Of a stretch of 64,000 bases of DNA, positions 35,978 to 46,292 are shown piece by piece. Positions within the stretch are counted from its first letter, which is position 1, and the number at the start of each line of letters is the position of its first letter. A program made the position numbers and the translations under genes. The stretch lies in the IMG/VR virus record IMGVR_UViG_3300044840_000026, positions 5,113 to 69,112 of that record, one strand, 5' to 3'. A model generated the notes under the pieces. It searched no databases. It had not been told where the DNA came from and was given only the letters and a program-made list of their open reading frames with translations. This stretch comes from a virus. Lineage: Duplodnaviria; Caudoviricetes.

Positions 35978-38900
35978 ATGCCAGACGTGTTCGCCGGTTT
36001 TTGGTCAGACGCTTTACTCAACACCAACACCAAGCTCTTAAAATCCACGTCCTTTTCCGTCTACTTGGACGCGGCATGTACCTCGCTAGCTACGACCTAC
36101 ACTGACCGCACCAAAAACACAGCGGTTCACGCTTGGGTGACAGACAACGCCGGCCAAGCTGAAATCTTCGCTACGCCGGGTACGTATTGGATCTACATCG
36201 ACGGCTCGATGCCAGCGCGTCAAATCGCGGTACAGCCTGACCTCGCAGACGACCCGCCATCAAGCGATGTCCTACTCAAGGCAAACAACCTTTCTGATCT
36301 GAATAACGTCGCGTCGGCTCTAGGCAATCTCGGACTCGGCGGCACGAGGATCACTGTCATAGGAGACGACGGCGGTGTCCAGGCATTGGACAAGGTGCCA
36401 TTAGGCACGGCTATATCTAAGACTGTCGCTCGTCAGATCCCCGTCACAAAGCATGACATTCAGATTTCTAGTGGTCCCTGGGGCGAAGCAGCGGCGTCGG
36501 CGGACAACCGCAATGTCTGGGGCCATCAATTCATCAAGCTCCGCAAGCTCATTGATGCGGCTCGCATCACCTCAGTAGCCTGGTACCTCGATGACGCGGC
36601 AGTAGCGGGATGGGACGGCCGAGGCCCGCACCCAACGCCCAACACCAGCCCGATCGACACTCAGACGGTTGCTCCGTACGCGCTTGGGGGAGTCAACGCA
36701 GACGGTTCGATGGTCGGGTATGACTTTTCGGCTGTAACGCCTGACCAAGCTCTTCACACCCTGTCTGCGATCGTCACTTACGAAGGCAATGGTTCGACCA
36801 AGGGCGCGACAGTTTCGTTGTGGGTGCAGAACGTCCCCTACGACGGCATGACTCTCCTGGCTACGGCGGGCGGTGCCGTATCCGTTCCACGTGGGCGTTA
36901 CATCGCGTATGGCGCGTTCATTGGTTCGACTCTCGGCGGGAAGTATTACGGCAGTCATGGTGACTGCACTACTCACGCAACCACTCTTGAACTGATCGCG
37001 AACAACGGCCCGGTCGACTGGGACGGTCAAGTAGATCTGTTCGGCGGCAACGTTACGTTCCGCGGCCAGCACAAGTTCAACGGCCAAGTCAACGTTCGTG
37101 GTGAAGACAACTCCACCATTGAGGGCGATGGGGTTTGGAAGGCCGAATTCACGAACCCGGTGTGGCAAAACTGTGAGATCCCGGCCTACCGCACCGCTAA
37201 CGGCTTTCTGGGTGATGTCCTCGCCGCCTCTGTCGCGAATGTTGTATTGGGCTCATTCGGCCTCGGTGTTCTTGATGGCATTCAAACGCTTGCCACCAAC
37301 CGCTATCTGCTGTCATTTCAAACGACCGCGAGCGAGAACGGCATCTACACCGTTAACAGCGGTGGAGTGTGGACTAAAGCCGCCGACACCATCGTGCAGT
37401 GGTCGAGAGTCCACGTGCTCTCTGGTGATACCAACGGCCAGAAGGCGTTCGTCAACACAGCGCCAAGCGGCTCCAATGCATGGCTCCCATTTACATATGG
37501 CACGAGCGGCCTGGCTATCAACAAGTCGGGGGCGTTAGGTGCATACCAAACTAACATCGTCACCGGCATTCGCTTGCGCGACTTCTTCATCCATGATGTC
37601 AAAGAAGACGGCATCTTCCTGGTCCACACGCTAAATGTCGAGATCACTGACGGGCTCATTGAGCGCTGCGCAGATCAAGGCGGCGGCTCGGTTCTCACGG
37701 GTCTGTTGCACTCAGACCACATTCAGTTCGGTGGCGACAACAAGAACACTTACATCAACCGAGTCAACTCAAGCGGAAACATCCGCCTCAAGAGTGATTT
37801 CGGAGATATCGAAAACACGTATCTGAATGATGTCGTGATCCACGATGGCCCGACGCAGGTGTACCAACTCGAATGCACCACGGCGGCAACGGCACCATTC
37901 GGCGTTGGTGGCGCGACCGGCAACATCGTCAACATCAACTACTCCAGCGTGCATGTGTGGGGCGGTTCGTTCTACAACTACATCGAAGATGGTAACGGCA
38001 CGATCACCAAAACTGGTCAGCCGATCTTCCACAATCCGTTTGATAGCTCAACTGACGCTGATCTGATTCCTCCGAGCTTCCAGGGCAAGCGCCGGCCACC
38101 GATGGTTGTGGACCTGGCCAAGAACTACGGCACCGGAACGGCTGTCTCAGTTCCTCGCCCAACGTCTTCGGCTCCGGGCCATGTGTTCGTAACGCTCATC
38201 TCGGTATCTGATCCCACAGTGACTGTTACGGCCCCTGGCGGCTGGGTTGCTGCTGGTAACTCGGGTGCTGCCTCAACCGGGCGTGTGTACGCCTTCTGGC
38301 GCCCATTCACCTCACTTGTGTCGGGCGACGGTCAACTCGGGCCGTATGCGTTTACGCTGTCTGGCTCCTGTAATTGGTCGGCTGATATTCGCGCTCTTCG
38401 CAACGCTGATCAGACGGCCCCCATCGAAGACATTCAATGGACGCTTAACAACTCTCCCTCGGGAACGCTTTCGCTTCCTTCTGCGACCTCTCTGGACACC
38501 CAGCGCGTGGCAGTTCGCCAAGCATCGGTGTTCGGCATCGACCCCTCTGTTTCATGGGGTGCGCCGCCACTCAGCTACGCCATTTCGGTATCGGCCAATC
38601 TCAACTACAACCCTCGAGGTCGTGGAGCATATGACTCCACCAAGTACTACCAGGCAGGCGATCTGGTCACCTCAAGTGGTGTTTGGTATCTCTGCACTCG
38701 ATCGGCTCCGTTCCACAACCAGGCTCCTCCAAATGGTGGCTATTGGTCAGTGTGGACTGGACCGACCTCAAGCGCGGTTGTGTCGAACGTCTATCAGCAG
38801 CTGTTTGCTGACTTCACGCCAACTGGCGCACTCGGAGCGGTAACGGTCAACATCCCTGCGGGAGCATCGTCGGCCATTGGATGCACCTACGTCGTCAAGC

Positions 38901-41695
38901 CTCGCTACCCCAAGGGCCAACCCGACCGCTACTCATTCGCTGGACTCATGGCCGAGTCGATCGCGTTCCGACCGTCATCAACGATTCCGGCCAACAACCC
39001 ACAAGACGCGATTGATTACCTCGGTTCCCTTGTTGCCGCTGCTGCCACAAATGCAACGGTTGGCCAAGCTCAGGCGGATGCACAGTGGAACTCACTTGTG
39101 GAGGCGTACCGCCGTTCGGCGCCGTTCCTCACTCGCCCTGATCTTGCAACGACGGGAACGCGTGGGCGGGCACTGACGACCTGGGTTGGCGATTTCAACA
39201 CCTCATCAGATGGTCAGGTCATCGACGGCCTACTGATTACCGGCAACCTGAACCTGAATCACAAGAACGTTCGTATAAATGAAACGTGGGTGCAGGGTTA
39301 CGCCCGCAATTTCTATTCTCCCAATTCCGGTACCGGCCGACATATCTTCACTTATTGCGAAATCGGCTCAGACTCAGGCGTCGTAACAGTCGGCAAGGGC
39401 GGCATCTGCTTCGACGGCTACATGGCCATTGGGTGTTACATCCACGGTGTCGGTGACGGTTTCAAGGTCGGCCGCGAGTGCAAGCTGTACAGCAACTACG
39501 TCACCAAGCTTTATGTCTACGGCCTCAACTCAGACATCACTCAAGCTCCGTTTGAGCACTGCGACGGTATTCAGATTCAGGGATCTGTCCCCGGCGACCA
39601 GAACATCGACATCCTCGGGAACTTCCTCGATGCCACCAATGCCTTTGGGCCGGGATCGACATCCGGCGCAGGGTCAAACTCTGCTTTCCTCATCAAGGCC
39701 GACCTCGGGCCGATAGACAATGTTCGCGTCGAATACAACTGGCTCCGCTGCGATTCGTTGGTACCGACATATGTCACTGCTGGTAACTGGACTGCGGCGC
39801 CGAACCCGACGCGAGTGCGCTTCCGTTACAACCGCATCATTCCGCATGCAAGTAACACAAGTCCGTTCCGCCTCGATGATCAGTCGTTCATGGCGTATAA
39901 CCGCTATGAAGACATCAACGGCAACTATCTCGGGCCAGTCGATGCAAACCCGATCGTCGGCAAGAACGGTGTTTGGCTCGATGGTGTAAACAACACCTCA
40001 AACGTCTCGACGCCCTACGTCGCGGCGCGAGTTCCTCAGTCGCTTTATGTGGATGCTGATATTGCGCCAGCCAGTCTGAACACAGGGGCCACTCAACGCA
40101 TTATCTCGGCGGTGGACTTCACCTCCAATGCTCCCCGAACGTTCAGCCTCTACATCGACTCGACCGGTCACATCGGCTTTACGTGGTGGAAGGACGCGGC
40201 GGGCGGAAGTGTATCGACGTCCTCGTCGCTCACACTGGCAGCATTAGGCGCGCAAGTGGGCGGCCGATTTAAGATCGGTGTGTGGCTCGCGCCCACATCT
40301 CCATACAAGGTTCATTTCTTCTTTGGTGCTTACGGCGAGGCCTACCAAGAAATTGAAGTGCAAACAGGTTCTGGCGCTGCGGTAGTAAACGACGGGAACA
40401 CTCCGATTGTGCTTTCGGGTCGTGGAACGAGCTCGGGCATCAACTCAGCCGATCGTTATAAGGGCTCGGTGTATTACGCCTCGATTCGCGATGGGGCCAC
40501 CGGCTCGCTCGGCTCGCTCGGCAACCTGGTCGCCGTCTTTGATCCTTCATCGATCGCTATCACCGATAGCCGCACACCGTCCACTCTCACAGCGACAACC
40601 AGCGAAGTGTGGTCATTGGGATCTGGGGCACTCGGCGCCCAGTCGTATTGGATTGCGTCCAAGACTCTCGCTGCGTCGGACTACGCCTCTCACGCGAAGC
40701 CCAAGGCAGCGGGTCAAGCATCCTCGGGCGCAGGGAACACCACGTATTCCCTGTCTGATCACCAACACCCAATGTGGAACCCGGTGACAGTCACGTTCGC
40801 CATGTCGCCATATCAAATCATCCCAGGCGACTACGTGAAGGCCGACCCAACCGCCGGAAATATCAGCCTTCTCCCGCCTACCAACGCTGCCGGCGTCACT
40901 TATGCGTGTGCAAAAATGGATAGCGGCGGGAACACCGTAACGCTTACCGGTGCCGTCGTCGACGGGGTGACCAGCCCAGTGCTGACAGCGCAGTTCGACC
41001 GTAAGTGCGTTCTAGGTGACGGCTCAGCGTGGACGACCTTTAGTGAGAAGTCCGCAGCCAGTGGGATCTTGCCATCGATTGTCACTACCAAGGGTGACCT
41101 GATTGTCGGCTCGGCCAGTGGAGCGGTTTCTCGCTATGGAGCTGGCGCAGACGGGACTATCGATTACAACGACTCATCCCAAACCCTGGGCAAGATAGCA
41201 AAACTGCCGTACACGGGCCTCGTGGTCGTCACTTCTCAGCTCGTGCTCAGCAACACCACAACCGAAACTGTTGTGCATGGCCCGTACACCGTCCCTGCCG
41301 GTTCTGTCATCGCTGGTCGCACTTATCGATGGACGCTATGGGGCTCGGTAGACAACATCGCTGCGGGTTCGGTCACTCTCAAGTTCCGCTACGGCGGGGT
41401 GGCTGGTAACAGCTTCGGCACCTACGGCATATCTAACGCCTCGATCAAAACAAACCAGTCGTTCAAGTACCACGGCGTCTGCACATTCCGGGCCGCCTCG
41501 GGCTCATCGGTGCCATTGGTAGCTGGAATCGATACGTTCAACTCGACAAATAACAGCAGCAACTTTCTCCAGACCACGGCGTCGAACGTGAACACGACTA
41601 CCGATAAAGATCTCGTAATCACGGCAGTATGGGGCGGAGCCGACCCAGCCAATGTGCTGCGCATCGAAGGCGGCTCTTGGGAGCTTGTCAAGTGA
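35978..41695 (+). CDS. 1905-aa multidomain virion fibre / depolymerase candidate
   Basis: N-terminal module shared with 49983-52169; two beta-helix-like regions (IHDVKEDGI...HSDHIQ; GCYIHGVGDG...HCDGIQ); CBM5/12-like GAYDSTKYYQAGDLVTSSGVWY; LamG-like region; TTKGDLIVG fibre motif. Confidence 0.75.
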   Translation: MPDVFAGFWSDALLNTNTKLLKSTSFSVYLDAACTSLATTYTDRTKNTAVHAWVTDNAGQAEIFATPGTYWIYIDGSMPARQIAVQPDLADDPPSSDVLLKANNLSDLNNVASALGNLGLGGTRITVIGDDGGVQALDKVPLGTAISKTVARQIPVTKHDIQISSGPWGEAAASADNRNVWGHQFIKLRKLIDAARITSVAWYLDDAAVAGWDGRGPHPTPNTSPIDTQTVAPYALGGVNADGSMVGYDFSAVTPDQALHTLSAIVTYEGNGSTKGATVSLWVQNVPYDGMTLLATAGGAVSVPRGRYIAYGAFIGSTLGGKYYGSHGDCTTHATTLELIANNGPVDWDGQVDLFGGNVTFRGQHKFNGQVNVRGEDNSTIEGDGVWKAEFTNPVWQNCEIPAYRTANGFLGDVLAASVANVVLGSFGLGVLDGIQTLATNRYLLSFQTTASENGIYTVNSGGVWTKAADTIVQWSRVHVLSGDTNGQKAFVNTAPSGSNAWLPFTYGTSGLAINKSGALGAYQTNIVTGIRLRDFFIHDVKEDGIFLVHTLNVEITDGLIERCADQGGGSVLTGLLHSDHIQFGGDNKNTYINRVNSSGNIRLKSDFGDIENTYLNDVVIHDGPTQVYQLECTTAATAPFGVGGATGNIVNINYSSVHVWGGSFYNYIEDGNGTITKTGQPIFHNPFDSSTDADLIPPSFQGKRRPPMVVDLAKNYGTGTAVSVPRPTSSAPGHVFVTLISVSDPTVTVTAPGGWVAAGNSGAASTGRVYAFWRPFTSLVSGDGQLGPYAFTLSGSCNWSADIRALRNADQTAPIEDIQWTLNNSPSGTLSLPSATSLDTQRVAVRQASVFGIDPSVSWGAPPLSYAISVSANLNYNPRGRGAYDSTKYYQAGDLVTSSGVWYLCTRSAPFHNQAPPNGGYWSVWTGPTSSAVVSNVYQQLFADFTPTGALGAVTVNIPAGASSAIGCTYVVKPRYPKGQPDRYSFAGLMAESIAFRPSSTIPANNPQDAIDYLGSLVAAAATNATVGQAQADAQWNSLVEAYRRSAPFLTRPDLATTGTRGRALTTWVGDFNTSSDGQVIDGLLITGNLNLNHKNVRINETWVQGYARNFYSPNSGTGRHIFTYCEIGSDSGVVTVGKGGICFDGYMAIGCYIHGVGDGFKVGRECKLYSNYVTKLYVYGLNSDITQAPFEHCDGIQIQGSVPGDQNIDILGNFLDATNAFGPGSTSGAGSNSAFLIKADLGPIDNVRVEYNWLRCDSLVPTYVTAGNWTAAPNPTRVRFRYNRIIPHASNTSPFRLDDQSFMAYNRYEDINGNYLGPVDANPIVGKNGVWLDGVNNTSNVSTPYVAARVPQSLYVDADIAPASLNTGATQRIISAVDFTSNAPRTFSLYIDSTGHIGFTWWKDAAGGSVSTSSSLTLAALGAQVGGRFKIGVWLAPTSPYKVHFFFGAYGEAYQEIEVQTGSGAAVVNDGNTPIVLSGRGTSSGINSADRYKGSVYYASIRDGATGSLGSLGNLVAVFDPSSIAITDSRTPSTLTATTSEVWSLGSGALGAQSYWIASKTLAASDYASHAKPKAAGQASSGAGNTTYSLSDHQHPMWNPVTVTFAMSPYQIIPGDYVKADPTAGNISLLPPTNAAGVTYACAKMDSGGNTVTLTGAVVDGVTSPVLTAQFDRKCVLGDGSAWTTFSEKSAASGILPSIVTTKGDLIVGSASGAVSRYGAGADGTIDYNDSSQTLGKIAKLPYTGLVVVTSQLVLSNTTTETVVHGPYTVPAGSVIAGRTYRWTLWGSVDNIAAGSVTLKFRYGGVAGNSFGTYGISNASIKTNQSFKYHGVCTFRAASGSSVPLVAGIDTFNSTNNSSNFLQTTASNVNTTTDKDLVITAVWGGADPANVLRIEGGSWELVK

Positions 41696-41743
41696 CCTTA
41701 AGAACTAATTCCGACACCCGACCAGGAAATTGAGGCAGGGCAT

Positions 41744-42055
41744 ATGGGCTTCGTAACACATCCCCAACCGTGGAGCGCCACGTTATCAACGACCGTTGAC
41801 ACCCAGATAGCAGCAGGCAACTGGGGCGATTCCCTACCGGACCTGGCGTGTTTCTTTGTGGCATCTCAGCCTTTTTGGTTCTTCACAGGCGCATGGAGCC
41901 CTGGAGTGACCAATAACGCCACTCCAGGGGCAACAGGCCGCGGTGCGTTGCTTCCTGCCGGGGGCTATTCCTGGAAAATCCCGGACGACGCTGTGCTTTT
42001 GTTTCGTGACAATGGTGCTGGCTGTGTCCTCAATGGCGTCGTCTCGTCGGTATAG
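41744..42055 (+). CDS. Hypothetical (probable virion accessory) protein
   Basis: GAGG RBS; in the fibre operon. Confidence 0.6.
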   Translation: MGFVTHPQPWSATLSTTVDTQIAAGNWGDSLPDLACFFVASQPFWFFTGAWSPGVTNNATPGATGRGALLPAGGYSWKIPDDAVLLFRDNGAGCVLNGVVSSV

Positions 42056-42064
42056 GGGAGCCAG

Positions 42065-42760
42065 ATGATCAATTACTCACCCGACTTCACTGGATCAGTT
42101 GCAAAAATTTCAGCTGACCTCTTAGCAGAGGCTTCTATAGCTAGAGAGAATGAAGCAGGGAAGCGAGCACGGTTCGTAGATCAGGGTGCAGCAAAGAGCG
42201 CCTCGTACGCAGCCTCAGCGTGGGATAGCGCGACGTTCAACGCTACGGCAGGCTCGATCTCCCAAGCGTTACCGGCATCGCCTGCAAGCGGCGATGAAGT
42301 CGAGTTCTACCTGTCGGCAACGTCGGGAACCAATGTTCTCACCGTTACAGGTACGGGTGGACCGTTCAGCACTACGACCGCAGGACACGGAGTTACGTTC
42401 CGCTGGACGGGCTCGGCGTGGGTAGAGCGGCAAGATCGCAAGACGAAGGCGTCGCTGGATGCGGCCTACCCCCGCATCGGCGGTGATACGTGGCTGAAAC
42501 AGGCAGCACTTGCCCAAGCGTTTCTGTTGACCTCAGTACCACCAACCTATGACGCGACGTTCGGCACCTTGACGGCTTCCAACATCACCTGGCCTGATGA
42601 CACAACCGGCGCGTATGCAACGACCAGTCTTGACAGCAACGGCGCGGTTACGGCGTTCACAGCCACTTATGTCGGCTCAACCACAAAGACGGTGACAGTG
42701 ACTATTCCTCGGAACAGCTCTAGTCAGGTCAACGCTGCAATGACCGCGAGCGTGGCGTAA
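42065..42760 (+). CDS. Small Thr/Ala-rich fibre-like protein
   Basis: ALPASPASGDEVEF motif typical of tail/baseplate fibre modules. Confidence 0.6.
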   Translation: MINYSPDFTGSVAKISADLLAEASIARENEAGKRARFVDQGAAKSASYAASAWDSATFNATAGSISQALPASPASGDEVEFYLSATSGTNVLTVTGTGGPFSTTTAGHGVTFRWTGSAWVERQDRKTKASLDAAYPRIGGDTWLKQAALAQAFLLTSVPPTYDATFGTLTASNITWPDDTTGAYATTSLDSNGAVTAFTATYVGSTTKTVTVTIPRNSSSQVNAAMTASVA

Positions 42761-43986
42761 TGGGATTCCTCGACGTCCCGATACCTATCGTCACAACATC
42801 GCGGCGGCCAACGACGGTCAGATCAGAAGCGGCTTCTCTGGTGTTGACAGACGGAACATGGGGTTACGCAGGCACACACCCGGCTGGTTCGCTCACAGAT
42901 ACCTCTGATTTTGTGCTCGGCGCATCGAGCGCGTATCTCACAACCAATGCTGCTGGGGCCTACGGAGCCATCGACAAAACTGTGACATGGGATGTGTCTG
43001 CGAAAATGGTACGTGTCACCTTCAAGGTGACAGGAATAGCTAACATCACGACGCTCAAGTTGTATCTGGGTGATTCCTCACTGACAAACTATTTCCAAGT
43101 CAGTCTCAATCCCGGCACTGGTCGAACGACACAGCTTATTGTTCGCGATGGAGATTGGGCAACGTTAGATATTTCGAGAGGCGATTTCACGACGGGCGCC
43201 GGTGCCCCGTCGTGGGCATCTATTGCCAAGGTACGGTTCTTCTGTCAGGACAACGCGACCGGCGCAGTGACGTTTCGTGTTAATGCAATCGGCTTGGTGC
43301 CTGATACTGCTGTGTTTCCGAACGGTTGTGTTGTCTTCGCACTCGACGACGCCGACGCGTCGCATTGGACGATCGCCAAGCCCTATATGGATCGATACTC
43401 CTTCCCGGCGACTTGCTTTCCGATTCTTGGCACGCTTGATGGAACAGGCCTACAAACATCGCAGCTCAAGACAGCGCGTGACTATTCAGGTTGGGAAGTC
43501 GGCGGGCATGCATCGACGACCGCGGTCCACAGCGCTGGACTGGCAGGGTTAACGTCAGCAGCGGTCAAAACGGAATTCGAGACCATCAAGAAGTGGATGC
43601 TAGCCAACGGGTTTAATTCTGATGCTTACGCCTGGCCGAATGGTGATAGCGACGGCATCAGTGAGGCAGTTGCAAGAACATACTGGGCCTGCGGCCGAGG
43701 AACAATTAACCAGTACACGCAGGCAAGTTCGGTGCCAAATCCGTACCGCATAACCAGTTTTAATCTCACGTCATTGTCGAGCGGCCAAGCAACAGCGATT
43801 GTTGACAAGGTTAAAACCGGGAAAGCTCTTGGCGTAATCGTTGCTCACAAGATTATCGCATCACCAGTAGGTTTGAATGATGTGTCAACAGCAACGTTCC
43901 AGGCAGTCGTGGATTACTGCGCCGCACAGAGCGTGCCGGTTCTTACGTTGTCTGAAGCATTGAAGCAATTGGGCCGTCGTCCGTAA
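42760..43986 (+). CDS. CE4/NodB polysaccharide deacetylase with N-terminal beta-sandwich
   Basis: VFALDD, GWEVGGHASTTAVH, AYAWPNG, IVAHKI. Confidence 0.85.
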   Translation: MGFLDVPIPIVTTSRRPTTVRSEAASLVLTDGTWGYAGTHPAGSLTDTSDFVLGASSAYLTTNAAGAYGAIDKTVTWDVSAKMVRVTFKVTGIANITTLKLYLGDSSLTNYFQVSLNPGTGRTTQLIVRDGDWATLDISRGDFTTGAGAPSWASIAKVRFFCQDNATGAVTFRVNAIGLVPDTAVFPNGCVVFALDDADASHWTIAKPYMDRYSFPATCFPILGTLDGTGLQTSQLKTARDYSGWEVGGHASTTAVHSAGLAGLTSAAVKTEFETIKKWMLANGFNSDAYAWPNGDSDGISEAVARTYWACGRGTINQYTQASSVPNPYRITSFNLTSLSSGQATAIVDKVKTGKALGVIVAHKIIASPVGLNDVSTATFQAVVDYCAAQSVPVLTLSEALKQLGRRP

Positions 43987-44249
43987 GCGCACGTCCCGGT
44001 TCCATAATCCCTAATAACACCCCTAAACCCCGAGTAACCCTGTGAAAACGTTGTGAAAGATACAAAAGTGCAGGTCAAAAACAATTTAGTAAACGTAACG
44101 GCTAGCGGAAACCAAACCAAGCGGTAACGGAAACGAATGTCCCGACTCTTCACCAACAACTCAACGTCACCCTTCATCTCCGGCACTGATGGAACTAACG
44201 AGCCTCTGGGTTCAGTTCCCGCAGATGGTCCAGCAGGGTCCGTTTTGCA

Positions 44250-44549
44250 TTAGGACGCCAGGCGAACCATCACGTTGGGGTATTCCTGCACAAGGGCATC
44301 GAGTTCGCAGTTGCCGTAGACGACGCCGTCGACCACGGTGGCAAAGTAGCTGTCGTCCTCAAGCAGTACGCGGTCAATGAAGCCGTACTCATCTTCGACC
44401 TCCGCGTAGACCTGGACGAAGCGGGCGACATTGCCGTCCTCAAGCATGAACATCTTGGCTGTGATCTCGATTTGGTCGGCGCTGTAGTCGTTGAGAGCGT
44501 TCTCAAGTATCAGCTTTTCGGTTGTTTGCATCTCGGTCGTTGTTTCCAT
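44250..44549 (-). CDS. Small acidic hypothetical protein
   Basis: ATG 6 nt after the -10 of GTACC promoter copy 4. Confidence 0.7.
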   Translation of the reverse strand: METTTEMQTTEKLILENALNDYSADQIEITAKMFMLEDGNVARFVQVYAEVEDEYGFIDRVLLEDDSYFATVVDGVVYGNCELDALVQEYPNVMVRLAS

Positions 44550-44555
44550 GTAGAT

Positions 44556-44606
44556 ACCGTACCCCCGTCGGTACAGTGTCGCAAGTCATTCGTCAGGAAA
44601 CTTGAA
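44556..44606 (-). promoter_or_regulatory. GTACC-box promoter copy 4 with upstream TTCAAG box
   Basis: TTGCGA-N17-TACGGT; operator 44558-44575; TTCAAGTTTCCTGAC (44592-44606) 7 nt upstream of the -35. Confidence 0.85.
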
Positions 44607-44613
44607 GTTTCTT

Positions 44614-45305
44614 TCAGCATTTTGTTTTGTTCATCTGACTATTTGCTTGAGAGAGGAGTGAACCCCACTGAGTGGCCGTGTATTTGGACTCCGCCCAATG
44701 ACTGTTCATGGCTGCGTTGAATACGGCAAAGGGGTCAGAACCTTTAAGAGCCTTGATGATTCCGCCGTAGAGGCCGTTGTGAAGCGTGTCGAGGGTAGCT
44801 TTCATCCCAACCTCATAAGTGGGGTAGGCGCGGGCCCCCTTGCCTGCCATCCACCAGCTGCCTGGTTCGCTTCGTTTCGTGTTGAGCGGGTTGTACTGAG
44901 CCGCGTTTTGGAAATGGCCGCCCTCGGCGATTGACCAGGCCACAAGAGCAGCCTGGTTGTCACCATTTTTGGGTATGCCCAGGCGCGCCAGCAGATCCCC
45001 AGCCCACTGGGCGCGAGTAAAGCAGACGCCTGGGCTTGTTATTTTGGGTGTGAGGCCCCAGCGGTAGCGGCGGCGGGCTGCATCTGACTATTGGTCTGCG
45101 AGGACGCTGCGGGGATATGAAGGGCCATCCAAGCGCCTCCAATGAGGAACCCGATCGATGCGCACAGAAGCTTTTCAAAGCGACTTCTCATCGTTGCCTG
45201 GAACGACTGGCGGCGTTTCTTGCCGGCGACCACTGCTTCGGGTGTGACGGGCATGCTCGCCCATTCACGGAGTTCGGATAGACGGGGTAATTCGGTAGTA
45301 GCCAT
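44614..45305 (-). CDS. Membrane-anchored putative lysozyme-like protein; 1-nt deletion in a G run at ~45057
   Basis: TM CASIGFLIGGAWMAL; restoring one G joins 45039-45305 to TRAQWAGDLLARLGIPKNGDNQAALVAWSIAEGG...YNPLNT. Confidence 0.65.
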
Positions 45306-45338
45306 TTCAAAAGTTCCCTCTCTGTTTGCTGTCCGGGT

Positions 45339-45389
45339 ACCGTACCTCTATCGGTACGACCGTGCAACACATTAGCCAGGATTTTTGAA
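45339..45389 (-). promoter_or_regulatory. GTACC-box promoter copy 5 with upstream TTCAAG-type box
   Basis: TTGCAC-N17-TACGGT; CGTACC-TCTATC-GGTACG (45341-45358); TTCAAAAATCCTGGC (45375-45389) 7 nt upstream of the -35. Confidence 0.85.
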
Positions 45390-45515
45390 ACTTTGCGGAT
45401 ACCGTTCACACAAGAGGGCCGATGGTAAGCTGGCACCAGCCTTCCAGAATTCCTCTCTGTGGGTCACGAAAAGCCGTTCATGGGTGAGCCCGGACGGCTT
45501 TTCGTTTGTCTCGAT

Positions 45516-46292
45516 TTATTTGCTGGTTTCCTGTGCGTCGACGGTCAGGTCCGCGGCGCTGGCATCCACAAAGCAGGTTGAAATATCGGGGCGTCGAGAG
45601 TCGGTGATGTCAAACACCACTGCTCGTAAGCCAGCGCATTCATCGGGTCCAAGGTTGTCCTCGTTGCCAACGATGTGATCAACCTCATGAAGCCTTAGCC
45701 GTCGATCGTCTGACTCCTTGAGAAGTGCAGGGATGCATTCAGTGAGTCGATCAATGGCTGCGTCGTAGTCGTTACTAGGGGTGTGCCCGACGTATCTGTT
45801 TGGCGAACCGAGCGGGAAGTGTTCGCGTGTGTACGTCCGCGCTTCCGTCACGGTCAGCAAATCATCCTTGATGGCTTGTAGCCCCTCCGGCGTCATAGCC
45901 CGTGTTTCCTCCGTTGTGCTCTGAGGTGTCTTGCTTCGCGATTGCATATCAAACAGCTCTGCAATCTCACACCATGGCGCATGGAATTTGAAATTGCCGT
46001 TGCCGCAATCGACGCAGTAACCGTCTTCGTTGTAAGCCCACTCGGGCCGGTCTTTGTGTTGGCGTTCTGAATAGGGCGTTGTGCCGACATCACGATGCCA
46101 ACTGTCAATTTCGTCTTGGCTTGGCGTAGGAGTCCCGGCACTTTCCCGGTGTTCATTGTGGGCGTAGACGACAATCTCGCTGATCTCACTTACCAGTTTG
46201 TCGACGTCCATTGTGAGCTGACCGCCCCGCATGCCATCGAACATGTTTGCGTAGATAGCGTCTGCTATCGATTCTTGCGAGATGTCAGTCAC
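45516..46292 (-). CDS. Hypothetical protein with Zn-ribbon
   Basis: YCVDCG...HAPWC; GTGA overlap. Confidence 0.6.
   Translation of the reverse strand: MTDISQESIADAIYANMFDGMRGGQLTMDVDKLVSEISEIVVYAHNEHRESAGTPTPSQDEIDSWHRDVGTTPYSERQHKDRPEWAYNEDGYCVDCGNGNFKFHAPWCEIAELFDMQSRSKTPQSTTEETRAMTPEGLQAIKDDLLTVTEARTYTREHFPLGSPNRYVGHTPSNDYDAAIDRLTECIPALLKESDDRRLRLHEVDHIVGNEDNLGPDECAGLRAVVFDITDSRRPDISTCFVDASAADLTVDAQETSK

Noticed and set aside
33545-39591. Diversity-generating retroelement TR/VR pair
   Set aside because: The match is only ~40 bp, the differences are C/T, G/T and a 6-bp indel rather than adenine-specific, and no reverse transcriptase is in the window
44170-44232. tRNA gene
   Set aside because: Only a T-arm/CCA-like 3' part; too short for D and anticodon arms, and position 58 is G; kept only as a weak attP hint
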